Source: Eledone cirrhosa
Lineage: Eukaryota
Reading direction: 5' to 3'
NCBI GenBank assembly: GCA_964016885.1
Contig: OZ024742.1
Coordinates: forward strand, 207,452,001 to 207,516,000
Length of the DNA stretch: 64,000 bases
The notes under the pieces are model-generated. The model did not search any database. It saw only the letters and a list, made by a program, of their open reading frames with translations, and was not told the origin of the DNA. Both the position numbers and the translations under genes were made by a program. Positions 1-13,520 of the stretch are shown here, piece by piece; the stretch's first letter is position 1, and the number at the start of each line of letters is the position of its first letter.

Positions 1-941
1 TAGCTTAACCAGATCATCGGAGATAACTGTTATATGTTGAGAATTCAAATTACAGCATCATTAATAATATTAATAATAAAGATAGAAAGATGAAAAAGAA
101 AGAGAGATAGAAAGAAGAGAGAAAGATAAAAGAAAAAAAGAAAAAGGAGAAAGGAAGACAGAGAAAGATATAGAGAAAAAAGATAGAGAGAAAAGAGGAG
201 AGAAAAGGATAAAGAAGAAATAAAGGTAAAGAAAAAAAGGGAAAATAATGATATCAACAATAAATGAATAAATGCTCATAAATAAGTTCTAATAAACAAG
301 TTATATCGAGGATGATACAAAACAATACAAAATATGTAAATAAATAAATAAAAAATGTTTATATGTGTGAAGAAAAGTAAACATAGTAAGATTATTGAGA
401 GTAGTTGTGGTATGGGTGGTTAAAATATAGAGATACGAAGGTATAAATATGAAAATGTTAAATATATTTATGTGTGTATTGGTTATTTTAATAAATTAAT
501 TATATAATTAATTAATTATTTGATTGATTAATTGCAAGTTATATTAGAAGTGAAAATAATATGATAAGATAAAATAAGATAAAATCAAGAGATGAAATAA
601 ATTTAAGGAGAGAAATAGAAAGATAGAAAGTGAAAGAGAGAGATATATAAAATATAAATATAAAATATAAAAGGTCATGATGTTTGTTCATTGATAGATG
701 ATGACAATTATAATAATAATGATGATAATAGGATATTATAATATATCTAAGTGGTACAATTTGAGTTATGGAATAGATGGGATGAATTAAGTTGGTCTAA
801 AGTTCTCAAATTTGGTCGCCGTTTTATCCCTACAGAAAATAATTCTTTCAATTTTACGTGAAACTTGTCTGATTTCATTTGTATTCCCATTATGTGCCGT
901 TTTGGCTGTATTACAGAGACGCACACAATCACAGAGTTTAG

Positions 942-943
<2 letters not shown>

Positions 944-1033
<90 letters not shown>

Positions 1034-1058
1034 AGAGAGAGAGAGAGAGGGAGAGAGA
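944..1058. repeat. (TA)n-(GA)n compound microsatellite
   Basis: Direct reading. It is the source of the spurious IYIYIY ORFs. Similar tracts lie at 5213-5385, 8358-8510, 55190-55450, 55960-56084 and 58847-59310. Confidence 0.95.
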
Positions 1059-3429
1059 TACTCATAGATGACATGTTGCCTAATGGTGGATGCATCTATC
1101 AGTGAATAATGGAAGAAATTCGTTATAAGCACTCAACGTCATATATTTTCTTCACAACATGATTTGTCAGTTGGAATATGTGTAGTAGAAGAAAAATAAG
1201 ACGTTATGTGCAGATGAATAATTATTGTTTAACTCCACATCAACAGAAGTGGATAGCAAAATTAATGCTAGGGTCTAGAAAGTAGAATTATATACTGAAA
1301 ATTAAAAAATTAAAACATCAGAATTAAAATTTAAAAATAAAATAAAAATAAAGATAAATTGGAAGATGTATAAATTAGTGTTAAAAATTAGAAATTAGGG
1401 TTCAACATTAGACACTAAATATCCAGAACTAATGATTAACAATTGAATGCTACGAGTAAAGAACGAAGTAGTGTCCTATTTTATGAAATACACGCTATAA
1501 TGTACGAGAGATAGGTGGAGAAAAGTATTAATCGTGTTAATAATAAGCCACAATAAGAATATGCTGAGAACCAATAACGAAAGATAGCAGAGAAATTTAA
1601 AGCACAAAAAGTAAAAATTATTCAATAAATTAGTTAATATCTCAGTCAATCATTTAAATAAGAATGCAAAAATGACAAGAATGAATAAAAAAAAAAATGA
1701 AAGAAAAAGAAAACGAAAACAAAGCCTAAAATGTAAAAATAAGTGAAAGGTGCCAAAATTGAAATAAAGTTACAAGCTTAAGGTGATAAAGTTGACGAAT
1801 TAGTGAGTTCAGTTATATTACCAGTGCCGAAGCAGTGGGTATACAAAACTGGTGTCCTTCCATGAGTACTTTGGTCTAGTATGTCCAATTAATCCGCATA
1901 TAAATTTACCGGCTGTCTATCCGTTGGACGAGGCGAGACGGGAAGAAAATTCAGTTTCCTTAGATGAAACTCGTTGCAAGTTTCCATTCGAAATGCGATA
2001 GGAGATTTCACGTTGCTTTTGATCATCTTAGTCTACCGGTAGAAACTTTGTCCTTTGCATAAATGTTAGTTAGGTGTGTCCACTCGCAGAAATATCCAAT
2101 AGGTGTACTTTAGTCCCCACGGTACAGGGATGTCGCATGTTTTGCTGACAGCGGAAATATTCACTTCATATAAATCGTATCCATCATAAAGCGCTCAACA
2201 GTTATTCTAATATTTAATGTGGAATTCTAATTTGTAGACCCTAACATTTTCATGTCCTTCCTTTCTCCCTCTACGTAACTATTGCTTACCTTCTGCTACT
2301 ATATTGCTGAATTAATTTTTCTCTAACGATTAACAGAATTGATAGAGCATCGGAGAAAATATCACTTTACATTCTGAGTTTAAATACACGTCGAAATCAA
2401 TTTTCCCTTTCATTTCTGTATTCGATAAAATAAAGTAACGGTCAAGTAGTTGAGTCTTGTTAATCAACTTTGCCCATCTCACAAATTTGCCGCTTTTGGG
2501 TCTAAATTAGATATCAATATTTTACTATCACTCTCTTTATTACTCATACTAGCAGAAAAACTACCCTTCGGGAGGTTTTCCGCTAGCCTGTGTAATGAGC
2601 ATATTGATATTATACGCAAATATATATGTAGATATGATAACTCAAATAAAATCGAAATTGACAATATGCACAGAAATTAAAGATAGACTGTGTTGGACCC
2701 TCTTCTATGATCAGTAAAGTAATCTATGATACATTTAAAAACAGACGATATTATTTATAAACTGCATTACAGCGAAAATAATGAAAACAAAAAAGGAGAA
2801 AATCAGCGAAGGAAATATAAACGTTATATTACGATGCAGATATATGAACGTTTATATAAGCGATATGATATTGCGTCCGTTACATCATAACCGGAAGTGG
2901 TGACATTTGAACATTTTAAAAGAAGTGAATCTTAAAATAAGAATATTTATATTTAATCAACAAGTACGAAATTTAGGAGATAAATCACATAATATTCATT
3001 CATGATTTATTCAAAGTAATCCAACTTATTTTGATAACGTGTTCAGGAAATATCCTTGACACAGTCTCGCAGTCCTTCAATTATTATATATAAGATTATT
3101 ACAAAACCTAGCTTCTATTGTTTTCGCTCTCCCCCATTTATTCTCCTTTACCTTTTCCTCACTCTATCTCCTTAATGTTCTACATGTATGCTTTGTTTTT
3201 CAACCTCGAAATTATATTTCTGTTTAAAATTAAATTTCCTCAATTTCTCTTTAACTGAGAATTGCGTTTGTATTCTATCTGATATACACACAAAACCAGA
3301 AGGGAAGAGAAGAGTCAAATATTGCCTTTGTATTCTTTCTGATGGAGACATAACACCAGAAGAGAAGAGATGAGTCAAGTATTATTTGGCTGGTAACAAC
3401 GCCGGAATGTAACCATTATATTATGAAAA

Positions 3430-3800
3430 GTGGGTGGTTGGTTAGAAGTATCGGTGGAGCGTCAGAAACCATGCTTCATGGCATAGAGCTACGGCTCATT
3501 ATGTTCTAAGTTCAATTGGGCGGTGGATTGGCAGTGTCGGTAGAGGGTCGGACGCCATGCTTTCCAGCATAGTTACGTCCCTTTACGATCTGAGTTCAAA
3601 TCCCGTCGAGGTTGACTTTGCCTTTCATCCTTACGGGGTCGATAAAATAAAGTACCAGTAATGCACTGAGTAATTGCTGGCCTTGTGCCTAAAGTAGAAA
3701 CAATTATGTTCTAAGTTCAACTCCCGTCGAGGTTATCTTTCCTTTTCACCCTTATGAGGTTGATAAAACCCCTAAGGCATTGGGGTCGATTTGATACATC
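3430..3800 (+). mobile_element. Older degenerate tRNA-SINE copy interrupted by a younger SINE
   Basis: The head ggtggttggttagaagtatcggtggagcgtc (from about 3433) continues after 3720 as ctcccgtcgaggttatctttccttttcacccttatgaggttgataaaa. Confidence 0.7.
3518..3706 (+). mobile_element. tRNA-derived SINE (short subtype) with 18-bp TSD
   Basis: A-box-like TGGCAGTGTCGGTAGAG, B-box GAGTTCAAATCCC, central GCCTTTCATCCTTACGGGGTCGATAAAATAAAGTACCAG (resembles the Meta/MESC SINE domain, from memory), tail GGCCTTGTGCCTAAAGTAGAAACAATTA. TSD attatgttctaagttcaa at 3498-3515 and 3703-3720. Confidence 0.9.
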
Positions 3801-4217
3801 TTAACTCCATTCTTCTATACGCCTCCCTCTTTCACACTTTGTCTTTTCCTTCTCGCTTCATCTCTATTTTTGTCATTCTATCTATCTTCAATATTGTTTC
3901 TTTATAACGTTAACAGTGGACATGTATACTTTGCATATATATCGATATCTTCTGTAACTCAAATTATACACCCAGCGCCCACATTTGCGTCTTTCTTTTA
4001 CATAGGAATTACATTTTTATTTAAAGTTACGTTTCTTATATAAATCTGTAACATAACATTCCATTTTTGTATTATTATTCTCATCAATAATGACACGGAG
4101 AAGCTGTCCTATATGGAAAATATCATGTGCTGTCAAACGCCAACATGTGTGTATGTATAAATGTAATGGTTTGTGAGCCTGTGCCTATACGTATGTATTT
4201 ATACTATTTTATTATGA

Positions 4218-4750
4218 AGGCACATGGCCTAATGGTTAGGGCATTTGACACACGATAGTAAGGTCGTGATTTAGATTCTTGATGGGTCGTCATATCATTA
4301 AGAAAGGGCGGTGGATTGGCAGTATCCGTAGAGGGTCGGATGCCATGCTTTGCAGCACAGAGTTACGGCCCTTTATGATCTGATTTCAAATCCTGTCGAG
4401 GTTAATTTTGCCTTTCATCCTTACGGGGTCGATAACATAAAGTACCAGTCACACACTGGCGTCGATTTAATCGACTTCCCCCCTTCAAAATTACTGGCAT
4501 TGTGCCTATACTAGGAATCATATCATTAAGTAAGCCACTTTGATTCAAGTCATTCAGCTGCAAAAATTAAAATGACTTGTACCTGTAATTCGAAAGGACA
4601 GATTTGACACACACAGTCACGCCGAATCGTCATGAAAATCACATTAAACATACAAGTGTTGGTAAATATTCAGTTAATTTAACGAACAGGCTCTTTCGTT
4701 AATGAATAACTGAAACCCCCGTCGTCGTAACTGACGGTGGTCCGATAATC
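4218..4750 (+). mobile_element. Second, older tRNA-headed SINE family (host of the 4306 insertion)
   Basis: Head ggcacatggcctaatggttagggc...ggtcgtgatttagattc. The body (gtacctgtaattcgaaagg...ttaatttaacgaacag) resembles the reverse complement of 48205-48350. Confidence 0.55.
4306..4520 (+). mobile_element. tRNA-derived SINE (long subtype) with 13-bp TSD
   Basis: Same head and core as the 3518 copy, plus a gtcgatttaatcgac insert. TSD tcatatcattaag at 4290-4302 and 4518-4530. Confidence 0.9.
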
Positions 4751-5210
4751 ACTCACGCTATTTTACTGGTTTCAGTTAGTTTTTTTAGGTAAGATAAGAG
4801 CCCCTCACCATTTTCTTAGTTGACTATGGACTCATTTTGTAAAATACATCAATCCATATCTAAATATCAACAGGGCTAAAAAGGGCCGATGTATAGATTC
4901 AATTTCATGGTATTAGCTCAATTGCCGACAAATCCGCGTCTTTGTGAGATACTAGTCTCTCTTAAGTAACATAATCTAATAACTGTATTTAAAATCTAGT
5001 ATGAATAAAACGCATGTGGTTAAGCGAATAGCATCACTACACAACCAAACGGACCCCGCTGTTTGTTGCACACTATGAACGCGCGCGCGTATGTGGGTGT
5101 GTGTGTGTGTGTATGGGCGTGTTTATATATAGAGACCAAAATAGACATTAAGAAGGAAACTGATAAATAGAAGCCTTGTTATCTCTTTCTCTCTTACAGA
5201 CACTCTCTTT

Positions 5211-5341
<131 letters not shown>

Positions 5342-5899
5342 TGTGCAGGAGAGAGAGAGCGAGAGAGAGAGAGAGAGAGAGAGAAAAAAGGAGAGAGGTT
5401 GAGGTTTTAAAGAAAGTTTCAATTGTAAGTAGAATCAGTTGCATTAAATAAGTTTATATTTGTGTGTGATCTCCTTAAATGGATATTTGTAATAATAAAC
5501 ACCATGACAGGTTCGATGAGTGTAGCACGGAGATACCCACTCTACTAGACACGAATCACTGCATTCACAGATCTGACTAAAATTAAATCTTATCCTATGG
5601 CAAGAAAGTTTCTTCCACCAGTACGTAAGACTGTCCATTTCTTGACTTCACAGTAAAACACCAAATAAGATTCAGACCTATGCAGACAGTAACAACTTGA
5701 AAAGCTTCTATGACACTTTGTGAGCTGTCCACAATCATCAGTTCTTTGACTCATCTTTGCTACTGTCAGTGGATGAATCGGTAATGTTGACAGTCAAGAT
5801 TATTCTTGAGAGTTGTTCATCTATCCTGAAACACCCCTCTGCTGTTAGTAAAGCAGTAATATTTCGTTTGTCATGTCACTTGCTGACGTTCTTTCCAAG

Positions 5900-6620
5900 A
5901 ATCAGATCGAAAAGATCGTAGTTTTTAAATCCAGTGGCCATATGCCTGACGAAACTGCTACCAGATATGGAATAAATCCTGTATCAAGAAAAAAACAAAA
6001 GAAATTATCTATGACATAATCGACACCCAAATCATTATAAATGACCTGAAGTTTGAGATGATTGACCATTTCAAATACCTCGATACCATCGTCACCAAAG
6101 AAAGGCCAAAGCGAGAAATTCTCACGTGTGTTGCTGAAGAATCTGTCACATTAGCAAGGTTAATACCAATATTGCGAGATTAGAGCATTAGTTTGAGGCT
6201 AAACTAAAAGTCATTCGTGTTTTAAGACTCTCCATCTTTTTATATCCTTGCAAGATGTGAGTACTCACATCGGAACTACAGAGGAAAATACAAACATTCA
6301 AAATGGGATACTAGATGAAAATCACAGCTAAGAAATCATTCGCACAGCAGCCAGGCAAGATATGGGCGACTTTGAAAACCTGCTAAACACTCCAAAGAAA
6401 AAACTGAGATGGTACTGACATTTGATAAGATTTGATCGATTGACTAAGTCCATCCTCCCAAGAAGCAGTCCAAGGGAGAATAAGGTGAGGGAACCAGAAA
6501 AATTAATGGGCGGAAAACATAACGGAATAAAACAGTGAAGGTTTCACGTCATCCTATTTTCTAGCTAACGGCATATATGGACGGAGAAATAAGGTACACT
6601 GCTCCATCTTGTAGCGCCAC
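5900..6620 (+). pseudogene. Degenerate RTE-like LINE reverse transcriptase C-terminal fragment
   Basis: Hand translation gives FEMIDHFKYLDTIVT (about 6052) and KKLRWY*HLIRFDRLTKSIL (about 6398), matching the RTE motifs FKYLGS and LRWYGH. Many stops and frameshifts. Confidence 0.6.
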
Positions 6621-6849
6621 GACAACTCTGTGTTGGAGGTCCTTCTATCGGTAACAGTCAAAGCTGTTGTATACAGCTGGTGTACACTGCTGTTGCTGTT
6701 GTTGATGGAATTGGTGCTACTATTGATAATGTTCATGCTGCTCTTGATATTACTGGTACAGTTGGTATTGGTGCAGAAGTTACTAGTATTAACGCTATTA
6801 TTTTCAATAGCCTTGCTACTGCTGTTTATGGTGTTTCATCTGATGTTAT

Positions 6850-7070
6850 TGGTTTGTCCTAAGACCCAATCGAGCCCCACGGGAGAAGAGGTATAATCAG
6901 AGATTCCAACCGTGGCCATCTTGTTTTTAGCATATTTATATATACAGTTGACCGTTAACTCAATTATTCAAAAGGGATGTCGTTTTTGTTAAGCCGGCAA
7001 GGTGAGATTCGGTTACTATTTTTAGCAGGTTGTGAGGCTATGTAGAACATCTGTTTTGGGCTCCTTGGAG
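6850..7070 (-). repeat. Degenerate dispersed repeat, also at about 50155-50310 (+), 54465-54640 (+) and 54690-54870 (+)
   Basis: Shared motifs (ctgct)agaaatagtagccaaat...tcac and gatggtcacg(a/t)ctggaa...ctcgat...ggctaa(a)caaac in four places. Confidence 0.5.
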
Positions 7071-8355
7071 CATATGTTCATAAAGTTGTTGGTGGAACTA
7101 CTGCTGGTGTGTTTTTGTTGGTGAAAAGAGGAATATTGCTGATTTTAAATGGTTTTGTTGTATCTGTTGTTGGCGTTAGTGTTTTATTTAATGCTGTTGA
7201 TGGTGTCAATGTTACTATTGATAGGGTTGGAACTGTTGTTGATGGCATCGAGTTGACGTTACATTCAGTGTTGCTGTTGCTGTTGTTTTTATTGCTTTCT
7301 ACGATGTCGTTGCTGCAGTTGATATTTGTAATGCTATATATGGTATTGGCGAAGACGTTGCTAACGCTGGCACAGATATTGAGGTTTGTCGGTGCAGATG
7401 ATGTCTGTGCAGCTGTTATTGTATTATCGCAGATGATGTTCCTGTTGCTGTTATGGTATTGTTGCTGCTGCATATTGTATTGTTGCAACTGTTGATGTTT
7501 ATTTTTCCTGCAATTTGTACAATTGTTTCAGCTGCTATATTTGAAATGGTTGCTAATGCATTTGTTATTGTATATGTTGCTGTTGCTACTATTACTACTA
7601 CTGTTGTTTTTATTAATACCGCTGCATCTGTGGCTACCGCTGCGTTGCTATCAATGAGGCTGTATTGCTCTCAGAAAATCTGTGGTTATTTTCCTAAAGT
7701 ATTTAATGTTTCAGCTGTTAAGGAAATTGCTGCTGCGCCATTTAATATAACTGAAATTGCTACAGTTGCGGCTGGTTGCTATTGTTGCCTATAATGTTGC
7801 AATTGTCACTCATGTTTTCTGTAACATAGCTAATGTCGTCAATCTTTTCTCCAATACCACTAGTTTTTCTCTCTTTAATGTCGCTGCTATTATCTTTGAT
7901 GTTGGTAACATGGTCTCTGGGGTTTCTAACAAGTATAACTGTGGCAAAAACGTTTGCGTTGTATGTACTTGACAACGGGGATGATCACACAGCGCAGCAC
8001 TTTGAGCAAGTGTCTTCATAGTCTCCATTCGATCTACGGTGTATTAGAGAAATTTGATGAAGAGAAATTTCATGGGAGCCTGTGTCTGTTCTCTGTTCAC
8101 CGGTGGCTTGTGAGTATGTTTAACAGAGTTCGGTTTGTTATAATCATTCAAGGTTATAATCATTCAAGGCAGCTCTTTCTGAATAACTTCTTTCCTTCAT
8201 TCCACCTGTCACAGAGGCCAAGGAAAGGGTCCTGCGTTTTCTCCTGACTATATATATATATATATATATATAGTAATAATAATAAATTTGAAGACTAAAA
8301 TCCAAAGAGGGCTCGATAAGGATAAATATATATCAAATATATAAGAACCGTAGAG

Positions 8356-8400
<45 letters not shown>

Positions 8401-8401
8401 T

Positions 8402-8485
<84 letters not shown>

Positions 8486-8978
8486 CGTGTGTCTGTGTGT
8501 GTGTGTGCGTGCAGATGTGTGTGTATTTATATGTGCGTGTGTGTATGCTATCACTGATATTGTTTCGAATGTTGTTGTCTTTCATGTAATATGATGGATA
8601 GTAGAGGGCAATGATAGTAAGGTAGAAACAAAGACAATGCTTGAGAGGAAAGGAGAAGAAAAAATGGTGATAGAAGAGAATATGAGAAGAAAGTGGAGTG
8701 TGGAGGGGGAAGGGGGGGATGTTAAAAGAGAAGAAAAAGACGACAGACGAATCTATAATACCATAAGACGAGAAACAGATATGGGAAGTGAAAAAATAAA
8801 ACAAAGAAGTGGAAGTGAAGAGAAAATAGAAAGGTTAAAATTAGAGTGGCAGAAGAGAGTAAGTGACTGACTGGGAGGAAAATATATATATGTATTTATG
8901 TATTAGTATTGGTGCTCTGAAATAGCGATGTATACATGAATGTATGTATAGTATATTTGGCAATAAACCGTATGTTTA

Positions 8979-9186
8979 ATTAAAAACATTTAGAAGACCA
9001 TTCGCTATCAGTTTAAGAATCCAGCTTCTAATTTTCGGCAAAGGCAGGTGAGTGCGTGGCTTTGATAAACGCCAAGCAGCGAGAAACAGCTGTCAGCCAT
9101 TCTCCCAGCCTTTGCCGAAAATATAAGTAAGTGACATAGTTACTACTTTAAAACTGATAGCGAGTGGTCTTCTGAATGTTTTTAAT
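8979..9186. mobile_element. MITE-like element with about 36-bp terminal and about 14-bp internal inverted repeats
   Basis: attaaaaacatttagaagaccattcgctatcagttt versus aaactgatagcgagtggtcttctgaatgtttttaat. Inner pair ttttcggcaaaggc / gcctttgccgaaaa. Confidence 0.8.
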
Positions 9187-9342
9187 ATGTATTTATATAT
9201 TTATATAGATACTAGGAGACATAATATAGATAGATATAGAGAGAGAAAGAGTAAGTAGAACAATTAAATATCGTAGACAAAGGAACGAAGGTTATGAAAA
9301 GTGTAGTGAGAGAAGAGAAAAGGAGGCGTAAAATTGTGATAA

Positions 9343-9667
9343 AATAATTGTTTCTACTTTTGGAACAAGGCCAGCAATTATTCAGTACATTACTGGTACT
9401 TTATTTTATCGAACCCGTGAGGATGAAAGGCAAAGTTGACCTCGGCGGGATTTGAACTCAGAATAGAAAGGGCCGTATAAAATAAATGTTTCTACTTTAG
9501 GCACAAGGCCAGCAATTACCCAGTGCATTACTGGTACTTTATTTTATCGACCCCGTAAGGATGAAAGGCAAAGTCAACCTCGGCGGGATTTGAACTCAGA
9601 TCGTAAAGGGACGTAACTGTGCTGGAAAGCATGGCGTCCGACCCTCCACCGATACTGCCAATCCACA
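9343..9667 (-). mobile_element. Tandem pair of tRNA-SINE copies (9343-9478 5'-truncated; 9484-9667)
   Basis: Reverse complement of the 3518 SINE, present twice. Confidence 0.88.
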
Positions 9668-11319
9668 TCGTCATCTAAATTGCAAAGGCAGGCGATTATC
9701 TTTGATTTCCATAGTGGCAAGTTAAATTTATGTCTGGTATACCTTCGTTCGCACGTAGTCAAATATGTTGGATCAGTACAATACGCTTCGTTTTATTGAG
9801 GTTCGTATAAACTTGAAAGCTGAACAGAATTGATGTATTCTTCTGTCACTGATGAGTCTTAACTATACAAACTCTGTAGAGACATCAAAATGGAGTTCAG
9901 AATTACAGGTGTAGTCAACGTCTACGAATCTCCTTCTATGCGTTCCCCCGTCTACTCAGGTTTATTTACAAGGACCGCTTCTAGCTTCTAGTGAAAGAAC
10001 CCCCCCCCCCCCTCTATATAAATATTCACACACGCGCGCGCACGCGCGTGTGTATGTGTGTGTGTGTCTCTCTCTCTGTGTGTGTGTATGTGTGTGTAGA
10101 TAGATTGACCTTTTGCATTTTCGAAACAGTTTTAAGAGAGTAAATATGACCAAATTTTTTCAGATGCGACGCAGACAACACGGTAAATAAACTCATGGCG
10201 CAACATCGTCTAATTTAACATGTGGTTAGTTAGTTTTTTCTGTAAGCAGTGTTCTGGGTATCTGATGTCGCTACAAGGTAAATATGTGCATCATTCTTGT
10301 ACTTTCGTTGTTAGAGTGAGGTTGGTGAGATATTAAGTACATGTATTTATCTGGTGTATATTATATTACTGAGAAATGGCGCAGATGTTCCTCTGGTATG
10401 TCGATTCGAGGGAGAAGACTGTCCACCATGTGCATATAAAAAGCTAGATGGAGCTAGCTGGGGCCAATAGCTAGACGAAGGGGTTTCTCCGGTGACAGAA
10501 AAAAATGTTAAGTCTATTTTCCTGTTGATGCATATCACATATTGTAATATGTGCAACCTTTCTGAAAGAGAAGTTAGCATTTGCGATCCCCACCGCGATA
10601 AGGAGGTGCCATCTCTAGAATACCCTATTTAATGTAGGGCTCGTTGTTCTCTTGGTACTGGATCCACCAGATGAAACGAGACAAGAATATAAAATGTTCT
10701 TTTCTTCTGTTTTTAAAGGAGTAGACAAGATGAACAAATCAATCCTTGAACAAATTGGCTATTAACTCCTATATTTCTGTTGATATCTTCTGTTGAAATG
10801 TGTGAAAGTGACTTCACAGAAGCGGGTTCTTCTCAAGGACAGCTGAGAGAGTGTCGGCAGTTAAAAGTTGGTGCATGTTTTGATAGGTTTTTCAATTTCT
10901 GTTGTGTCCTGCGATGCTATGAGATGTTGACAGGAGTAGCTACCCTTAACCTTATGAGGATTAAAGAGTTTGCGCTATATGTTGTTGCAAGAGAAATATC
11001 GTCTAATGAAAGTCAGGAAGGTCTTATCTGTGTTTGTCTTTTACAGAACTAGTTTGAATGGATTGTTGTTATATTTATTTTCATAATTCTCTTTAATGTG
11101 TGTAGGGTTCCTTTACGTATGTTAGCTTTTCCTTAAATTCACTTTTCGTTTGTTCCTCATTGTTATTTGGTGCAACCCTGTCGAAGATATCTCAATCATA
11201 ATATAATCTAGAGATTCTTTTGCTGATACCGTTTATTTGTCTAAAAAAAGGAAGCGGATTTCCTAGGCCCGGTAATACCAGTGACATAACACTGCTGATG
11301 TTTTGCTTAAACCGATGCA

Positions 11320-11488
11320 AGTGGATTGGCAGTATCGGGAGAGAGTCGGATACCAGCCCTTGCCATTCTGAGTTCAAATTCCCCCCGAGGTTACCTTTGC
11401 CTTTCATCCTTACGCGGTTGAGAAAATAAAGTACCAGTTATGCACTGGGTAATTTCTAGTCTTGTACCAAAAGTAGAAACAATTATTA
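11320..11488 (+). mobile_element. tRNA-SINE copy with internal deletion
   Basis: gtggattggcagtatcgg...gagttcaaattccc...aaagtagaaacaattatt. Confidence 0.85.
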
Positions 11489-12029
11489 GGGAAGTAATTT
11501 CAGAGGGCTGACATGCCGAGCAAGAAGAACTGGATATAGAATTTAGTACGTGACTCGGGCTTTTAGACACAATATGGGTGGTGAGAGAAAAAATATGAAG
11601 AGAGACTTGTAAGTGCAAGGAGCGGAGGCTATTGTAGTTATGAGAGGTAAGGTGAATAAGCGAAAGAAAGAGAGAGATAGAGAGAAAGAAAGAAGGAAAG
11701 CAAAAAGAGAGAGCCAAGTAGTCGAATGACTACTATCTGCAGATAGACACATACACATGCACACACATAAACGCGCAGACACACACACACACACACACAC
11801 GCACACACACGCACACACACACACACACGCATGCATAATCGCTATCATATCTAGTCACATATAGAGAGAGTAGTTCTATGTTATGTAGACATTTCCACAG
11901 GTAAATATGTTCGACCACATATGAACCATATTACACATGCACTCACACACAATTTCCCCTCTTGCACTCATTATGCAGCAATATATGCTGCTACCACACT
12001 ATCATTGCTATCATCATCGTCGTCATAGA

Positions 12030-12511
12030 TCGCGAAAAATGACGACGGTGGTGATGATGATAACAATGATGTGGATGATAATAATGATAATAATGATGAT
12101 GATGATGATATTGATATTGATATTGACGGTGATTATCATCACTATCAATAGCAGTAACTTCTTCCTGTAGTTCCTATCCACTTTCTTAACTCGCTCGTCA
12201 CCATCATCGCAATTAGTCCATCTATTTTTACATCTTACCGGCTGCACAAGTATTGGGAACAGTGGAGTGTAACAGCAGCAACAACAGCAGTTGCAACCGC
12301 ATTAGTTGGCACGGAAGCAGAAGCTATAAGAGTAACAGAAAAAAAAGAGGCTGCCTACGTATTAGTAGTAGATGCATTAACATCAGTAGTAGTAACAGAA
12401 CAAAACACAGACATCAGCAGCAGATGCAGCAGCAGCAGCAGTGGTGGTAGTAGACGTGGCAGCAACAGCAGCAGCAGTGGTGGTAGTAGACGTGGCAGCA
12501 ACAGCAGAAGC

Positions 12512-12543
<32 letters not shown>

Positions 12544-12698
12544 CACACGTGACCGCAGCAGCAGGAACATCAGTAGTAGTAGCAGACGTGGCAGTAGCAG
12601 CAGCAGCAGTTGTAGCAGACGTAACAACAACAGCAGCAACAACAGTAGTAGCAGCAGCAGTATTAGTAATGGGTAGCAGTCGTGGACGCAGCAGCAAC

Positions 12699-12732
<34 letters not shown>

Positions 12733-12735
12733 TGG
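12030..12735. repeat. (GAT)/(CAG)/(TAG) trinucleotide low-complexity block with a roughly 36-bp unit repeated
   Basis: gcagcagcagtggtggtagtagacgtggcagcaaca is repeated from about 12433 and 12469, with degenerate agacgt units at about 12583 and 12617. Confidence 0.75.
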
Positions 12736-13455
12736 TAGAAACACCAACAGCTATATCATAACCCCAGTAACATCATCGATGTCAACATAGAAGTATAGAA
12801 AATGTCGGCGTCGCCCCCCCAAAAAAAATAAAATAAAAGGTTATTATTAATTTGCATATTAATTTTAACATAGAAAGGTATAGATAAATTCCTATATGTA
12901 TAAATAAATTGGAAGGTAGTTGGATAGGAAAGTAGATAGAAACACACCGAAAACACACGCCTCGTGCTCATACACACAAGCGCATTAGTGTACACCTACA
13001 TATACCTTTCAACCTCATTAATGACAACCTAGTTTCTTTCACTATAACAAAGACTCACTCACTACAACTATCATAGTGCCATAGCAAGTAGCTAATTTTG
13101 TGAATGAATGATAAATCTTTCCACAGATTTCCTGTCGCTCTATTTAAAGAACTTTTTGGATGATTTAGTACCTATTTATGTCGTTACTTTGGTTTAAAGA
13201 AGTGGTATTATAATACGAAATAAACATCCAATATGTTCATCGCGTATCTCAACCTGTTCAGAGTTTGATAACTTGCTACTCTGAGATCAGAATCTGCGAT
13301 GTTATAAGACTAGATTTCCATCTTCTATTTAGAATTTTGATAATTATAATTATAAATTTCGGTTTACGAGTATATAATTCTTGTTAGAGAGTCAATTTCC
13401 AAAAATATTAATTGCCTCAATCGACGGTGGTTGTCAGATGTTCCTATTCACACAC

Positions 13456-13520
<65 letters not shown>

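Noticed and set aside
745-900. KVLKFGRRFIPT resembling a Penelope N-terminal motif
   Set aside because: Too short and interrupted; no adjoining RT motifs recognised.
787-1132. Poly-IY, poly-HT, poly-CV, poly-V, poly-T and poly-L ORFs throughout the track
   Set aside because: These are translations of di- and trinucleotide microsatellites with no domain content.
3518-3610. tRNA genes suggested by A/B boxes
   Set aside because: These are SINE heads with extended spacing, a shared body and tail, and TSDs; no complete cloverleaf.
5444-5870. Non-repetitive stretch as a possible host exon
   Set aside because: No recognisable protein motif or convincing splice-site pair.
9848-9890. CTGATGA-gtct...agac hammerhead-like start
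   Set aside because: No GAAA after the putative stem II.
10780-10900. Minus-strand remnant vaguely like a LINE gag zinc knuckle
   Set aside because: Most Cys/His positions are missing; cannot be supported by eye.
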